The notes under the pieces: generated by a model | The model's database searches: none | The model's input: the letters and a program-made list of their open reading frames with translations, nothing else | What the model was told of the DNA's origin: nothing | Made by a program: the position numbers and the translations under genes | Origin: Felis catus | Taxonomy: Eukaryota | Length of the DNA stretch: 64,000 nt | NCBI RefSeq assembly: GCF_018350175.1 | Contig: NC_058382.1 | Span: 57,662,001 to 57,726,000 of the forward strand | Direction: 5' to 3' | Part shown: piece by piece, positions 25,199-37,500 of the stretch | Layout of the letters: the number at the start of each line of letters is the position of its first letter | How positions within the stretch are numbered: position 1 is the stretch's first letter

Positions 25199-25886
25199 GT
25201 CAGAGTGGGAACTGCCCCGTTCCCATGGCTCCTGGGTTCCAGGCTGTGCCTCCCGTCCCTCCCTGCCCGCTGCGTCGTGCCCCTGGCAGACCCAGCCAAC
25301 CCGATGGGTGAGAACTGGTTACTGCTCATGTCGGGGGAGACCAGAGGAGGCTTGAGGCAAAGGTGGAGCCTCTCGGGGTCCGGGGTGGCTCGGCGTCCCT
25401 CACGCTGTCCGCCCCGCCGGGGGCGACTGTGGGTTTCCTCGCCTCTGTCCTCAGCCCGAGTGGGAGCTCCCTGAGGCGACGCACAGTGTCCTCTCCATCT
25501 TTGCGTCCCGGGGTCTGGCGCAGAGATAGATGCCCAGTAAAGGTCCCAGTCACTGACCGACTCTGCCCGGTGAGCAAACACACACCCTCCAGCCCTGCCT
25601 TGTCCCCTCGGACCGGACGACAAGCCAGGACGAGGATCACGGTCTGTGGGGGGGGGCGGGGATCCTTGGTTATTGAGCCTCCGCGAGCCTCGGTTTTCAC
25701 GTCTGCAGGGCGGGGCGAGCGATGGCTGTCCTGCTCTCTGCCCCGTTCGAGCCCGCGCTGTCGCTGGTCTCATACTGACTGATGTCCCTGTTGCCCTCCG
25801 CTTCCCTTCAGAGCTCTCGCGCCCCAGCACCGCCTCGGGAGCCCAGCCCGCCTCGTCGCCCCGGTCCCCGCTGCCTGCCCGGCGCC

Positions 25887-26126
25887 ATGAGCTGCGTCCT
25901 GAACGGCGTCGTGCCCTTGGGGCTGCTGCTGCTGGTCTGCGGGGCCCAGGGCTTCTTCCTGCCCAACGTCACCCAGTTGGAGGAGCTGCTCAGTAAATAC
26001 CAGCAGGACAAGCCCCACTCCCGGGTCCGGAGGGCCATCCCCAGGTCGGACAAGGAGGAGATCCTCATGCTTCACAACAAGCTGCGGGGCCAGGTGCACC
26101 CCCCGGCCTCCAACATGGAGTACATG
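25887..26126 (+). CDS. CRISPLD2: CRISPLD2 exon 2 coding part (exon starts 25812): signal peptide, propeptide with RVRR, start of CAP domain
   Basis: Acceptor cttcccttcag|AGC; Kozak gcc[25 protein letters not shown]...[18 protein letters not shown]; donor ATG|gtgagt; 240 nt. Confidence 0.97.
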
Positions 26127-27585
26127 GTGAGTGCCGCGCTCCCGCCGGGGGGCCTGGGCTGCACCTGCTCTTGTCCCGAGGGCGGGGCGGGGGCAGGCTC
26201 GGGGTCTCCTGGCGAGAGAGCGCCCCCCCCCCCGCCTCCGTCCTTCACACCCAGACAGCGCTTGTGAGTTCCCGTGAAGCAGCCCGGCCCGGGTCCCGCC
26301 CGTGGCTCTCCGCCGGCCCGTCCTCGAGGCCGTCTAAGGGCTGGGCTTTGGGGAGCCCAGTCCCAGCCCCACTGCCTCCTTGCGTGTGGCTGTGATGTGT
26401 CCCCAGCCAGAGGGAGCCTCGGCCTCCACTTCGAGAGTCCCTCCTCTCACGGCTCTGGGACGGTGTGATGACGTCACGTAAAGTGCGGGGCACAGGTGCT
26501 CACCCCTGGGGCCCTGGTCACTGTCGTCACGCCGCAGCTTGGTCCCCGGCCGGTCTCGGGCCACCCTGCTCTGTCGGAGCAGCAGCGGGGGCCGAGTCCG
26601 TGAGAGATGGGGTGTCTGTTGGTGAGGGGGCTGGCAGACGGGGGACAGCGGAGGGTCCCCCGTGACCCTGGGGAAATCCGACACGGAGGAGTAGAAGGTT
26701 AGCCGGCTCTCCCAAGTCCGTGCCCCCAGCCCTGCCTCCCCGCCCGCCTCTCCGTTCCTGCCCGCACCGCTTCCGGTCGCCCCAGCCCCATCAAGTAGCT
26801 GCTGCTGTCCTCCCATTTTACAGAGTAGGAAACTGAGGCCCCAGGTCAGAGCCGGTCGTGGCAGAACCGACTGCGGGACCCAGGCTCAAAGCCACCTCTC
26901 CGCACTCCGTTTAAACCCTGGCACCCGCACGGCCCCCGCCGGCATCCACGGCCTCTCCAGCATTTTCCATCCTCTGTGCCTGTCCCCCGACACCTCAACC
27001 AGCCCTGGGGCTTTTCACCTCCCATGTGGCCCCCGCTGGCCCGTCCTGAACCCTGCTTCCTTTTACCTTCCTGACATTCACGAGGTTTGTCTCCTGCCCA
27101 GAAGCCTCCAGGCCCCTGTGTGCCCAGGGTGGAGCCCGCATGCTCAGGCCTGGCACTCGGGGCCTCTGATCAGGAACTCCTCTGTCTTGAGAGGCCGTTC
27201 GGGGTCCCCCGAAGATGCTGCAGGCCCTCCGTCCCGCAGGAGTCTGGTCCCCACCTCATGCCTTATCCCGACGTAAGCAACCGTCGCTCGGTACCCGGCT
27301 CGTCTCCCTCCCCTGGACTTCACCGTCCCTTTTCATGGTGCTTTGTGCCGTGACGTAGGAGGCCCTCGTGGTCAGGGGTCATCCCACGTGCCTGCAGACC
27401 CCTCATCGTCACCGTCTGTGCCCTCCCGAGGTGGCCCATCCCCGGCTAGAGGGCACGTGAAAGGCTAGCCATGTGGGCAGAGCACCCCCGAGCACGGCTG
27501 TCCTCTGGGAGTTTGTTAGGAAACCATTTCTTTCTTTCCTCAAGAAAACCACCCGGGCATTTACTCGGAAGGGGTTGTGCTAATC

Positions 27586-27776
27586 TTTGTTTTGTTTTGA
27601 GAGAGAGGGAGTGAGCCAGGGAGGGGCAGAGAGAAAGAGGGAGAGAGAGAATCCCAAGCAGACTCCACGCCGTCGGCACAGAGGCCGACACAGGGCTCGC
27701 ACTCACAAACTGAGATCATGACCTGAGCCAAAGCCAACAGTCGGCCACTTGAACGACTGAGCCGCCCGGGCGCCCC
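27586..27776 (-). mobile_element. CAN-SINE
   Basis: TSD TTGTGCTAATCTT on both sides. Confidence 0.92.
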
Positions 27777-28578
27777 GGGGTTTGTGCTAATCTTAGGAGG
27801 AAGAGTGGGCACCCTTTCAAAATGCTGATGTATGAGACAGCTGATGCAGACCTTTTTAGGGTTAAAGCCGTCGAGAATTAGAGCGGATTTCTTTGTGGCT
27901 TTGGGTGTGGACTCTTCCCCCATCCTTCCCAGGACCTGGTGGTTTGGCCTTGGTCCCTGTGGGGAAGGGACACTCTCTACCTCTCTGGACAGGTCAGTCT
28001 TCCTCCCGTGCCCCTCCCCACCCCAAGGCCCTGTGTGGTGCCCGTCAGGGAGCAGAGAATTTTCCTTGGCCTGAAGCTTGACTGAGCCCCAAACCCCCGG
28101 GATCCCGTCTGCTTCCTGCCTCCTTTTGGGAATAGGCTAGGTTTATGCTGGTCTTTTCGTCACTGCCCCGTGCTTGCCCAGGGGCCTTGTGGGAGATTCA
28201 GCGCAAGTGAGCAGGGCTTAGCTACGCAGCAGGGAGGGTCCCAGTGCAGCCTGGAACGGGCCTGCGTGTTTTCGTGTTTGTTTACTCGCATGACTTCAGG
28301 ATTGGAGCTGGGATCTGGGTCCTTGGGTCTACACGGCCTTTCAGGGAAGCTGAGCCTTCACGGGTGTGGTCGGGGCCACCTCTGAGCAGGGCCACGAGGC
28401 AGGGAAGGAGGCACGAGTCCCAGTCTCTCCCCGGTGCTGCCCCTCTGTGCATCCTGCTTCCAGACAAGCAAGTGGCAATAATTCGAGAAAACGTCATGAA
28501 AATCTCGCTTCCGGCTCAGCCCTGCCTGCCGGGGCTTTGAGCTGCGGTCCCTTGAAATAGCCTCAGCATTGAAAGGTG

Positions 28579-28605
28579 GTTTTGTTTTTAAGTTTATTTA
28601 TTTAT

Positions 28606-28668
<63 letters not shown>

Positions 28669-28824
28669 GAGGGGCAGAGATGGGATGGGGGAAGAGAGAA
28701 AAATCCCAAGCAGGCTCCATGCTGTCGGCACACAGCCTGACGCGGGGCTCACGGACTGTGAGATCTTGACCTGAGCCGAGATCCAGAGTCCGATGCTTAA
28801 CCGACTGAGCCAACCAGGTGCCCC
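28579..28824 (-). mobile_element. CAN-SINE with expanded (GA)26 at 28609-28660
   Basis: SINE body and head; degenerate TSD AAGGTGG(T/A)TTT. Confidence 0.92.
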
Positions 28825-28889
28825 GGAAGGTGGATTTTCAATCTCCAAAGAGTTAAGGCACCCTCTTTTGAGGTTTTATAAGCGGACAG

Positions 28890-29540
28890 GCTCCGGAGCC
28901 AGCCTTCCTGGCTTGGTAGCTGTGTGACTTCAGGCAGATTAGTTAGCCTCTCTGTGTTAACGTTTCCTGGCCTGCACTATGGGGATGTAAAAGTCCCTTT
29001 TTCCTAGGGTGGTTGAGAAAAGTCAATGAGACGATGCATGAGGACTAAATATGTGTTAACATATCATTGCTATTATCAATCCCCCCCCCCCCCCATCCCC
29101 AACCTTGGACGCCAGTTAAAGCTGGGTTGGTAAAGTTGTAACTTCCTGCTGTGTGACCTTAGGCAAGTTACCTAACCTCTCTTAGCGTCAAGGTTTTTTG
29201 TTTTTTGTTTTTTGTTTTTTTCTGTCTGCAGCAATGGGAAAATCAGACCTACCCCACGGGCTACTGGTGACAATGACATAAGAAAATGGGGCTGATACTG
29301 TTCCCTGGCAAGTGCACTGCCCCGGGCGGGGGCAGGGTAGGTGCTTGAGAAAGTGAATTTCCTTAATGCTCCTGTAGTGTTTACTGAGAGCCACCTCGCA
29401 CCTCACCTGGGGGCTGGATGCCTGCTCGTTCAGCCTCCCCCCAAATCCTATTCCAGCAGGCACCAGCAGCCCCCCTACGAGATGGGGAAACAGAGGCCCA
29501 GAGAGGTGAAGCCACTCGTCCACGGTCACACAGCCAGCAA
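28890..29540. mobile_element. Cluster of MIR fragments
   Basis: GCTGTGTGACTTCAGGCAGATTAGTTAGCCTCTCTGTG, GCTGTGTGACCTTAGGCAAGTTACCTAACCTCTCT and GATGGGGAAACAGAGGCCCAGAGAGGTGAAG MIR cores. Further MIR cores lie near 2700, 12180, 12550, 13320, 26815, 39145 and 63415. Confidence 0.75.
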
Positions 29541-31380
29541 GGGGCAGCGCGGGGCCCCACACCCAGGTTCACGCAACACGAACACTCTCCCCGGTGCCCT
29601 CACGGCCCTGTTCTTTCCGCCTTTCTTCCACCAGTCACCCCTTTGGGGGGTAAAGAGTATTCACCTGTGTCCTTCCTTCCGCGAGACGTGGACTGGTCGG
29701 CGGGGCTCATCTTCAGCTGGGAAAGCACAGGCTGAGCAGGGGGGGGGGGGTGAGGGGCCAGGTGGGGACTGGAGGGGACCCCTGAGGGCTGGAGTGAGCA
29801 GGGGGCCAGGTCCGCCCTGCCTGCATTCACCCAGGCACGCGTGCGTCATGCCGGGGCGAGAGTCGTGGCCTGCGACACCGCCGTGGCAGGGGGGCACTGA
29901 GCAGTAGAGGGTGTCGCACACAGTCACAGCCTTGACTGCCAGCCCTGCGCCCCTCTGTTCGGGAAGCATCGTTCTGAGGCCCTACTACGTGCCGGGCACG
30001 GTCGGAACCGAGGGGGCGGTTGGGAGGTGAAGGGCAGACCCCGGGAGGAGGCCTCGGATGCAGGGGCGGGGAGGGCTGGGTCCCCGTTTGGCCGCGGCCT
30101 GGTGCAGACCACGTGTGGAGTCTGCCTATCTCCAGCCAGAATTTCAGACGCCTTTGACCTCCGAGATCTGCCAGGCATGACCTCGCCCTCCCCGCGCACC
30201 TCCCCGCTGAGTTGTAGAAGATGTTATGGCCCCGGACCAAAGGCACACAGGGTTCACGCTGCTCAGAATAAACAGTGAGCTTCTGAGAAGCTTCTGAGAA
30301 ACCCCTCAGGGCGGGGTCCTTGCCTGCACAGGCTCCACCCTGCCTCCCTGGGCTCCGGGAAGGACCTTAGCCGGCCGGCCGCTTCCAGAGAGGTCTCGGT
30401 GCGAGCTGCCACCCATCCCCACTGTGTCCCCCCCACCCGGTGCATGGTGTCTATTCCTTCCCGGAGCATTGGGTGGTCCACTGCTTGGAGAAGGAGTCAC
30501 CAAGTTGGTTCCGTAGTGTATTTGGGAGGGGGTGACCCGTAAATCCAGAAGGTGGTGCCACATCATGCTACAATACAGGGGGCGTCTCATGGCGGGAGCG
30601 GGGGCTCAGATCTGCTAAGGAAAGGGCATCAGCAGGCAGGTCACCCGCCCGAAGGCAGGCCCGTCCCCTGTTGACTGCGTGTGGCCTCTGGGATGTCAGC
30701 TCCCGTCCCCCTTCGGGCTGTGCCTGGGCGTTGGAGAAGGACCCCAGGCAGAAGCGGCACAGCGCTCGGTGGGCACTAAAGGCAGGGTGCTGTCGGCAAC
30801 AGAGGAGTCTGACGTCTGAATGCCCCTGGCTGTTCGGGACTCTGTGTCACTGAGGCTGGAAAGAGGTGGCAGGGCAGGAGGCCGGGGAGGCGCTCAGTTT
30901 GGCGGGGGTTCCGTACCGGGGTCCCGCAGCCTCACGTTCCCGGCCACGTCCCGGGGCTCTGGCCGACGGTCTTTCAGTGATCACCTACTGTGTGCCAGGG
31001 GCTGGGGCTCTGCAGAGAGGGGACAGCCCCTGCCTGCCCCGCAGGCCGCTGTATCTGCCCGATGGCGGGGATGAGGCCAATGGCAGTTGGCAGAGGCCGG
31101 GAGGCCGTGCCACGGGCTTGCCCGGGGTCCCCGGTAAGTCCGAGCCCGGGCGGGAGCTGTGAGAACGGCTGGAGGCCCGGCTTCTCTGGGCTCCTGGCTG
31201 ACCTGCTGCTCTCCCCTTGCCGGCTCAGGAACCCGTCCGACGTGTGCACAGAACGCGGTGTCCAAGGGGCTGAGCCCCGGCCCGCGGCTCCACCTGGGGC
31301 CCAAGTGGGGGTGTCGCCGCAGTCTCGGTCCTGACACCCGTGCCTGACTCTGGCCTCCCCCGTGCCCCCTCCCCCTGCAG

Positions 31381-31499
31381 ACCTGGGACGAGGAGCTGGA
31401 GAGGTCGGCCGCGGCGTGGGCTCACGAGTGCATCTGGGAGCACGGGCCCACCGGTCTGCTGGTGTCCCTTGGGCAGAACCTGGCCGTCCACTGGGGCAG
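31381..31499 (+). CDS. CRISPLD2: CRISPLD2 exon 3 (CAP domain)
   Basis: ccctgcag|ACC...CAG|gtaaga; [39 protein letters not shown]; 119 nt. Confidence 0.97.
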
Positions 31500-33551
31500 G
31501 TAAGAGCCGCCGCGGTCCCGCCCTCACTTGTGAACTGGCCACCACGGTCCATTGTCACGTCCAGCCTGCTCGTCGGTCCAGACGCCGATCGCCGGGCTCG
31601 GGCTTTCTGGAGCCGGGCTCTTCCGTTCCGTGTCCTTGAATGGATTCCTCAGGGAGCCGGCTGGGTGAGCTGGGAACACGGGGACGTTGCTTGCAGGGAC
31701 GGGCCAGAGGGTCTTCTCCGCCCTCGGATGTCTGAGTCCTGCTCATTCTCCAGGGCCAGCCAGGCTCCGCCTCGCGAGCGGCTGCCCTCCTCCTCCCCTC
31801 CTTGTCCGGGGCAGGCCGGCTCTCACGGCCAAGGCCCCCTTGCCTGGAGGAGCCTCTTGACGGTGGTCTGTTACATGTCGCCCCCTGGCCTCCCCGGGGT
31901 CAGCTGGGCGCACGGCCGAGCCCCTGCGCGGCTGACGGTGGTTTCCTTAGAGGACGGGGCGGGGGTGGGGGGTGGGGAACGTGTCTTCTGGGCCAGCGCA
32001 GACCCGCTGCCCAGCCGGACGATGCGCTGTGTCCCCAAGTCCTCCAGGCCCGGACCCAGAGCCAGCCAGGGGGCTCAGGGCCCCCTTGGGCTTTGCCTCT
32101 ACCGTTGACAAGTTGGACTGGACTTGAAGCGTCCCCTCGAAGGACGGGTCGGGGTTGGCCTGACTTGGAGCCCAGATGGTTCCCGGCTCTCGCGTTCAGC
32201 GTGGCCACGAGCAGTTCCCTTCCCTTAGGCCACGCGCTCTCCTGGGACAGAATCGGAGCAGGTGTCACGAGGGGCCCAGACACGTGACTTCCCGGAAGCG
32301 AATTCACACTTTTTCTTTTTTTTTTTTTTTTTTTTTGTCCTTGGGTGAATTCTGCTTTTGATAAAATCTGTCCTCCGGTCGCACGAAAAGACAACGTCGA
32401 CAGGGAGGAAGCCCTTCATCCCAGGGCCCCGGCTCAGCCGCCCGCGCTTGACTCTGGCGTAGCATCTGGCTGTGGGCTGGCATATTTTTACACAGTCGAG
32501 GCGGTGGCCAGGACAGCTTTTCATCCTCTATCCTCCCTCCTCAGACGACGTCAGGCAGGTTTTCTCTTCCGTAGCCGTCCCGGCTGTCGTCGGCAAAGGC
32601 TGCCTTCGGGCCGCCCAGCGGACAGGCCCAAAGTGAGCCGCTCCATCCTGGGACCTAGCCTCCGCCGTAGCTGCCTCAGACCCCCCTGGGAGGTGTGACA
32701 GTGCAGAGGGCGCTAAGGTCTCGCCCCTCCTGGGTGCGTCGTGCCCACCTGCCTTCCCAAAGAGCCCCTCGTTCTCCGGGACCCGGCGGCAGCCCGGCCG
32801 TGGCGCTCCGGGGAAACGGGCGGGCCAGAGTGTCCCTTCGCTCTGTGGCTGTGTGGCCGCGAGCGTCTTTTCCTACGTGGGCCCTCAGGAGAGAGGCCGT
32901 TTCCCCGGCCACGTCGCAGACCGCCACCATTCACTGTGGGTTCTGACAGTGTTCCAAGACCTCCAACTGTCCGCTCACCGCAGGGCTCGTGGACACGGCC
33001 AGACCCCTCTCGTCTTTCCTCTTTATCGAATCCGCTTTGTTTAGACTTGCTGGTGACGGTGACTGGGGATTTACATCCAGTTTATTTTCCCTCCTGGTAA
33101 GGAGAAAATGATGCCAACCCAGCGGACGGAGCAGTGGCCGGCAAGGGTGATGACCGGGTGGGGACAGGCGTCCCCTCCCCCTGGGGGCAAGGGAGGGCTC
33201 GGGTGATAAAACCCTAAATAGGAAGTTCCCCAAAGGGTCTGCCCACGTGACCGCAGAGCTCTGCCTGCCGGTTCCTGTGTCTTGAATTCCTTTTCCGCCT
33301 CGTATCTGACTCCTGGGGTCCCCGGCAGGAGTGCGGCCAGCCGTGACCACGTGGAAACAAGAGCCTCCGGGCTCTTGTTTGGGGGTGCCAGGGACCCGCG
33401 CCCCCCCCGTAGCCAGCCATCTCCCAGCTTTCAGACCTTCCCCGCCGCTGTGGATGTCCTATCTGAGCCTTACCTGGACAGTTACTCGCTGTTGTTCTCT
33501 GCACTGACCTTAAACGGACTCAACGCCTGAAATCAACTTGTGTTGTTGCTT

Positions 33552-33777
33552 TGTTTTTTTTATTTTTATTTTTTAAGTTTATTTATTTTTGACAAAGACA
33601 GAGTGCAAGCATGTGCGGGGGAGGGGCAGAGAACGAGGGAGACACCGAACGGGAAGCAGGCTCCAGGCTCCGAGCTGTCAGCCCCAGAGCCCGACGCGGG
33701 GCTCGAACTCACGAACTGTGGGATCATGGCCCGGGCCGAAGTCGGAGGCTTAACCGGCTGAGCCACCCCGGCGCCCC
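33552..33777 (-). mobile_element. CAN-SINE
   Basis: Full reverse element. Confidence 0.92.
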
Positions 33778-34153
33778 GTCAACCTGTGTTTTAAGCGACA
33801 TCTGGGAAATGTGGGGCTCAGGGGCCACGTATATTTTCCCAAATGTGCGCTTGATTGTAACGTAAAGAATGGCTCGCTGCGGGCCGGGCGGACGTTTCCC
33901 GCACACATAGGTGGCATGTGGGCCCCCCAGGGACTCTCCTGGCGCCCAGGGGGACCCCGGGGGTACCCTTGCAAGGGGAGCCCTTGCAAGTCGGGGTTCT
34001 TGGCAGTGATACAGGCGCCGGGCGGCATCTGCGGCCTCTTGCCCGGAGCCTCCCCTCCTCCCGCCTGCCCGTGCGTGGTGGCGCTGGGAGCTGCGGTCTC
34101 TGTCTGCTGGGGGTGCGGGGGCCGGGACGTGACAGGCTGGTCTGCCCCCGCAG

Positions 34154-34286
34154 GTACCGTTCTCCTGGCTTCCATGTGCAGTCCTGGTACGACGAGGTGA
34201 AGCACTACACGTACCCCTACCCCCACGAGTGCGACCCCTGGTGTCCGGAGAGGTGCTCCGGGCCCATGTGCACCCACTACACGCAG
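34154..34286 (+). CDS. CRISPLD2: CRISPLD2 exon 4 (CAP domain)
   Basis: ccgcag|G...CAG|gtaacg; [44 protein letters not shown]; 133 nt. Confidence 0.97.
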
Positions 34287-34613
34287 GTAACGCTCCAGGC
34301 GCCCCCCGAACCCCTTCACTCACCTGGCCGCGCAGGACCGCCACCCAGCCGGGAAACTCTGCACTCTCGCTGCCACAACTGTTTTCTTTGACGTGGCGTT
34401 AACTCCAGGTGTCGCCGGCGGGCCGGGCTGGTGTTTGTGACCCAAGTACGGAAGCTGAGAGTGTAACGTAGGGATCTTCAGGGGGTGAGGGGAAAAAAAA
34501 ACCTGGTCGTTCCCCGCTTCACATCATACCCCTTTAGCACCAGCAGCCTGTAGATCGAGGTCACGTCGTGTTGGCTCGTCCTTAACTCTGACACACGGGT
34601 GTCCTCTTTTCAG

Positions 34614-34729
34614 ATAGTCTGGGCCGCCACCAACAAGGTCGGCTGTGCTGTGAACACCTGCCAGAGGATGAACGTGTGGGGAGATGTCTGGGAGAACGCG
34701 GTCTACCTCGTGTGCAATTACTCTCCAAA
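34614..34729 (+). CDS. CRISPLD2: CRISPLD2 exon 5 (CAP domain)
   Basis: ttttcag|ATA...AAA|gtaaga; [38 protein letters not shown]; 116 nt. Confidence 0.97.
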
Positions 34730-34759
34730 GTAAGAACACGTGACGTGGCTGGAAGGGCT

Positions 34760-35100
34760 GGGATGCGCTCGCCGGCCATGGAGGACCCAACTAAAATCGG
34801 CTTGAGTGGTGAAGTCTCTTCACGAGTTCACATAACGACACACCTAGCGATGGGTGCATCCGGTGTAGCTGAAAAGCGCCGCAGTATCGGCGAAGACTCA
34901 AGCTCTTTCTCTTTCCCGGCTGTGCTATCCTAGCCTCTTGCTCCCAAGATGGCTGCAGAGCACCAGCCATCACATCCCCCCAAACTAAAGGGAAGAGAAT
35001 GGTAGAAAAGAGCTTTCTCTCAGGCCTTCCTCACCCCCGGCCCACTTTCTCACATCATTGGCCAGAACCAGGCCACTCACAGACGAGGGGGGCACAAGAT
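34760..35100 (-). mobile_element. Old MLT1 (J/K-like) LTR just downstream of exon 5
   Basis: CCCAAGATGGCTGCAGAGCACCAGCCATCACATCC...TCTCACATCATTGGCCAGAACC. Confidence 0.62.
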
Positions 35101-36164
35101 TTCCCCAGTTGGCTTTAACCAATGAAATTGCCCTAACTGGCTTTGCCGGTCATCTGGGACCGTCCGAGCAAATCGGAAGTGGGAATAGCTGTTGACCGGC
35201 CAACCAGTGGGGTGTGCCATGGCAATACCCTGGTCTTTTTCTTCTCTAAAAATACGCAGCGGACAGCATTCTAGCAAACAAAGTCATGCTAGACCTGGTT
35301 TTCGCATTTTTACGCTTCCCCCGCTGGGAAGGCCCGTGTGGCACCTCTGTGTGGCAGCCCCCTTCTTCCTCACGCCATGCTGATACCGTCGGCGTGCCAC
35401 TGGTCCCTTCACTCATTCACCCCCTTTGCCCCTCAAATACGTGCCGATTCTCAGAGCACGATCTTCCCAGCGGGCAGCCCGCGGTTTGCACGCTGGCCAC
35501 AGGGCTGGCCGCCACCCTCGCCCCGAGCCGCGCACACGGTGTGCCCTTGGCGCGTGCTTGCTCCGTGACCGAATGCAATACAAATGACCTCACTTATTTG
35601 GTTTGGGCCGGGAGTGGCCGCGAGGAGGCGGCAGGGGGCGGGGGGTGGGGGGCAGCATCGCTAAGGTCGGGAAGAAAATAGCCACTCTGGGTGAAAGCAT
35701 CTGGCCGCGTCTCGGCAGCCCGCAGGCCTGAGGGCCGGCCGATTATGTCATCGCTGGGGGGAGGCCCAGGCCTGACAAAGACCAGTGATGGGCCCACGAT
35801 GGTGGGACCCCCCCCCCCCCACAACCCCGGCCCGGTGGCAGGTGGCGGGTGAGGGATAATTCCATTTGACTGTTGATGTAAAAAAAAAAAGTCCACCAGA
35901 AGAACCTAGCAGAAAAAAGTGCTGCCTGTTTTTGGTTCCGGCTGGTTTTTTTTCTGTTGTTCTTTCCCCAAAAGGAATAACGTCTGTATGGTACACGCTA
36001 GTCTTTTTTTTTTTTTTTTTTTTTAATGATTGACAGACCTTTATTTTTAATATTCCGTGTTCATGATCTGTCCCATTAGGAAACCGATTTGCGGTCCTCG
36101 GTGCCCACTAGTCTTAAGTGTGCGGCTCGATAAATCCCACCCGTGTCTGCATGGACCAGCCCGT

Positions 36165-36470
36165 GCGGGCGGCCGTGACCCAGTGCCAGGGGCTGGGGGC
36201 TCACATTCTAGGGGTTGTGCGCCCCGGGTCGAGGCCGGGTTCTGGTGATTCTCTTCCTCCCTGTGCCCTCATGTGGCGTCTCAGTGCGTGCATGGGGGGC
36301 AAGGGGGGGCCCTAGTGTCTCCTCTTATAAAGACTCGAGTCCTGGTGGCTCAGGGCCCCCCATCCTTGTGGCCTCGTTGAACCCCACTTCCCTCCTGGGA
36401 AGCCCCGTTTCCACACTGGGGGTGAGGGCCTCAATTAGCGGCCGGCGGGAAGACAAACGTTCAGTCCGTA
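36165..36470 (-). mobile_element. MLT1 LTR
   Basis: CTCACATTCTAGGGG...GTGTCTCCTCTTATAAAGACTCGAGTCCT...CAGGGCCCCCATCCTTGTGGCCTCGTTGAACC. Confidence 0.65.
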
Positions 36471-37399
36471 TGATACGTCTACACCCATGGAACTAGCACC
36501 CAGCCCAGGACGGAGAGTGTTTTCAGGGGCCCAGGGTGTTGCCCAGAGGGCCCACCGTTCCGACATCTCTCCCCGTCGGTCAGTCTGTCTGGTTGGGACC
36601 CACACGGCAACGGGCCAGGCAGATGGGCTCTTTCGCGCCTGGTGTCTTCTGCTCAACACCGGGTGTTCGAGATTAATCCACAGTGTTGGCTGTTCGGCGG
36701 GCCTTTTTGATTGCCGCCTCGCACCCCGCGGCGTCCGCGGCCTCTTTCCTAAGAGTCCGAGCCGCTGGCTATTCAGGACGCCGCCCCGGGGGGCCAGACC
36801 CGGGGGGTGGCCGACAGGGTGGGCTCGGGGGTGGTGTTTGGGCAGAAGCGGGGGATCCCGAAGCCTGATGGCCTCGTGTGTCAGGGGGGACGCTTACTCC
36901 AAGGACCATTGTCCTCTCGCAGGACGGTGGCCTAGGACCTGGCACCCAGCCATCAGGCCATAAACGTTAGTGGTTCGTCTTTGAGGAAATGTGGAACCCT
37001 AGATGGGGGGCAGACTTGGCTGGTGGGGAGGGACGAGCCCATCTGGGGGCCAAAGACTGCGATGAAACCTCTGCCAACTTTTGAGAAGTGGCTTCAGAGG
37101 GGGATCTCAGAAGCTTCCCAGCACCAAGGTGTTGGGGCCTGGGTAGGGGGTGGCCCGCGGCGTTCAGAGTCGCGTAGGCCAGGACACGGGCAGGTGTGGG
37201 GCCGAAGGGGTATGTAGACACGCACACTGATGTGACAGAACACGACTGGGATTCTTCTAGAATTTTCTAGACTCTTTGCAGTTGCCCAGAAACCTATGCC
37301 CTCCTTCCTCCCCCAGACAGCCTGGGAGAGGGGAGAGGGGGGCGCCCCAGGCCCTGGGGTGGCGGCCCCCCCCCGATGGTGTTTCTGGTCTGTCCGCAG

Positions 37400-37500
37400 G
37401 GGGAACTGGATTGGAGAAGCCCCCTACAAAACCGGCCGGCCCTGCTCCGAGTGCCCGCCCAGCTACGGAGGCGGCTGCAGGAACAACTTGTGTTACCGAG
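37400..37500 (+). CDS. CRISPLD2: CRISPLD2 exon 6 (Cys-rich hinge)
   Basis: ccgcag|G...GAG|gtaggt; [33 protein letters not shown]; 101 nt. Confidence 0.97.

Noticed and set aside
25782..25886. In-frame upstream ATG that would add 35 aa to CRISPLD2
   Set aside because: It lies 30 nt upstream of the exon 2 acceptor, in the branch-point/polypyrimidine region, and is spliced out. ATG 25887 has a good Kozak context and starts the signal peptide.
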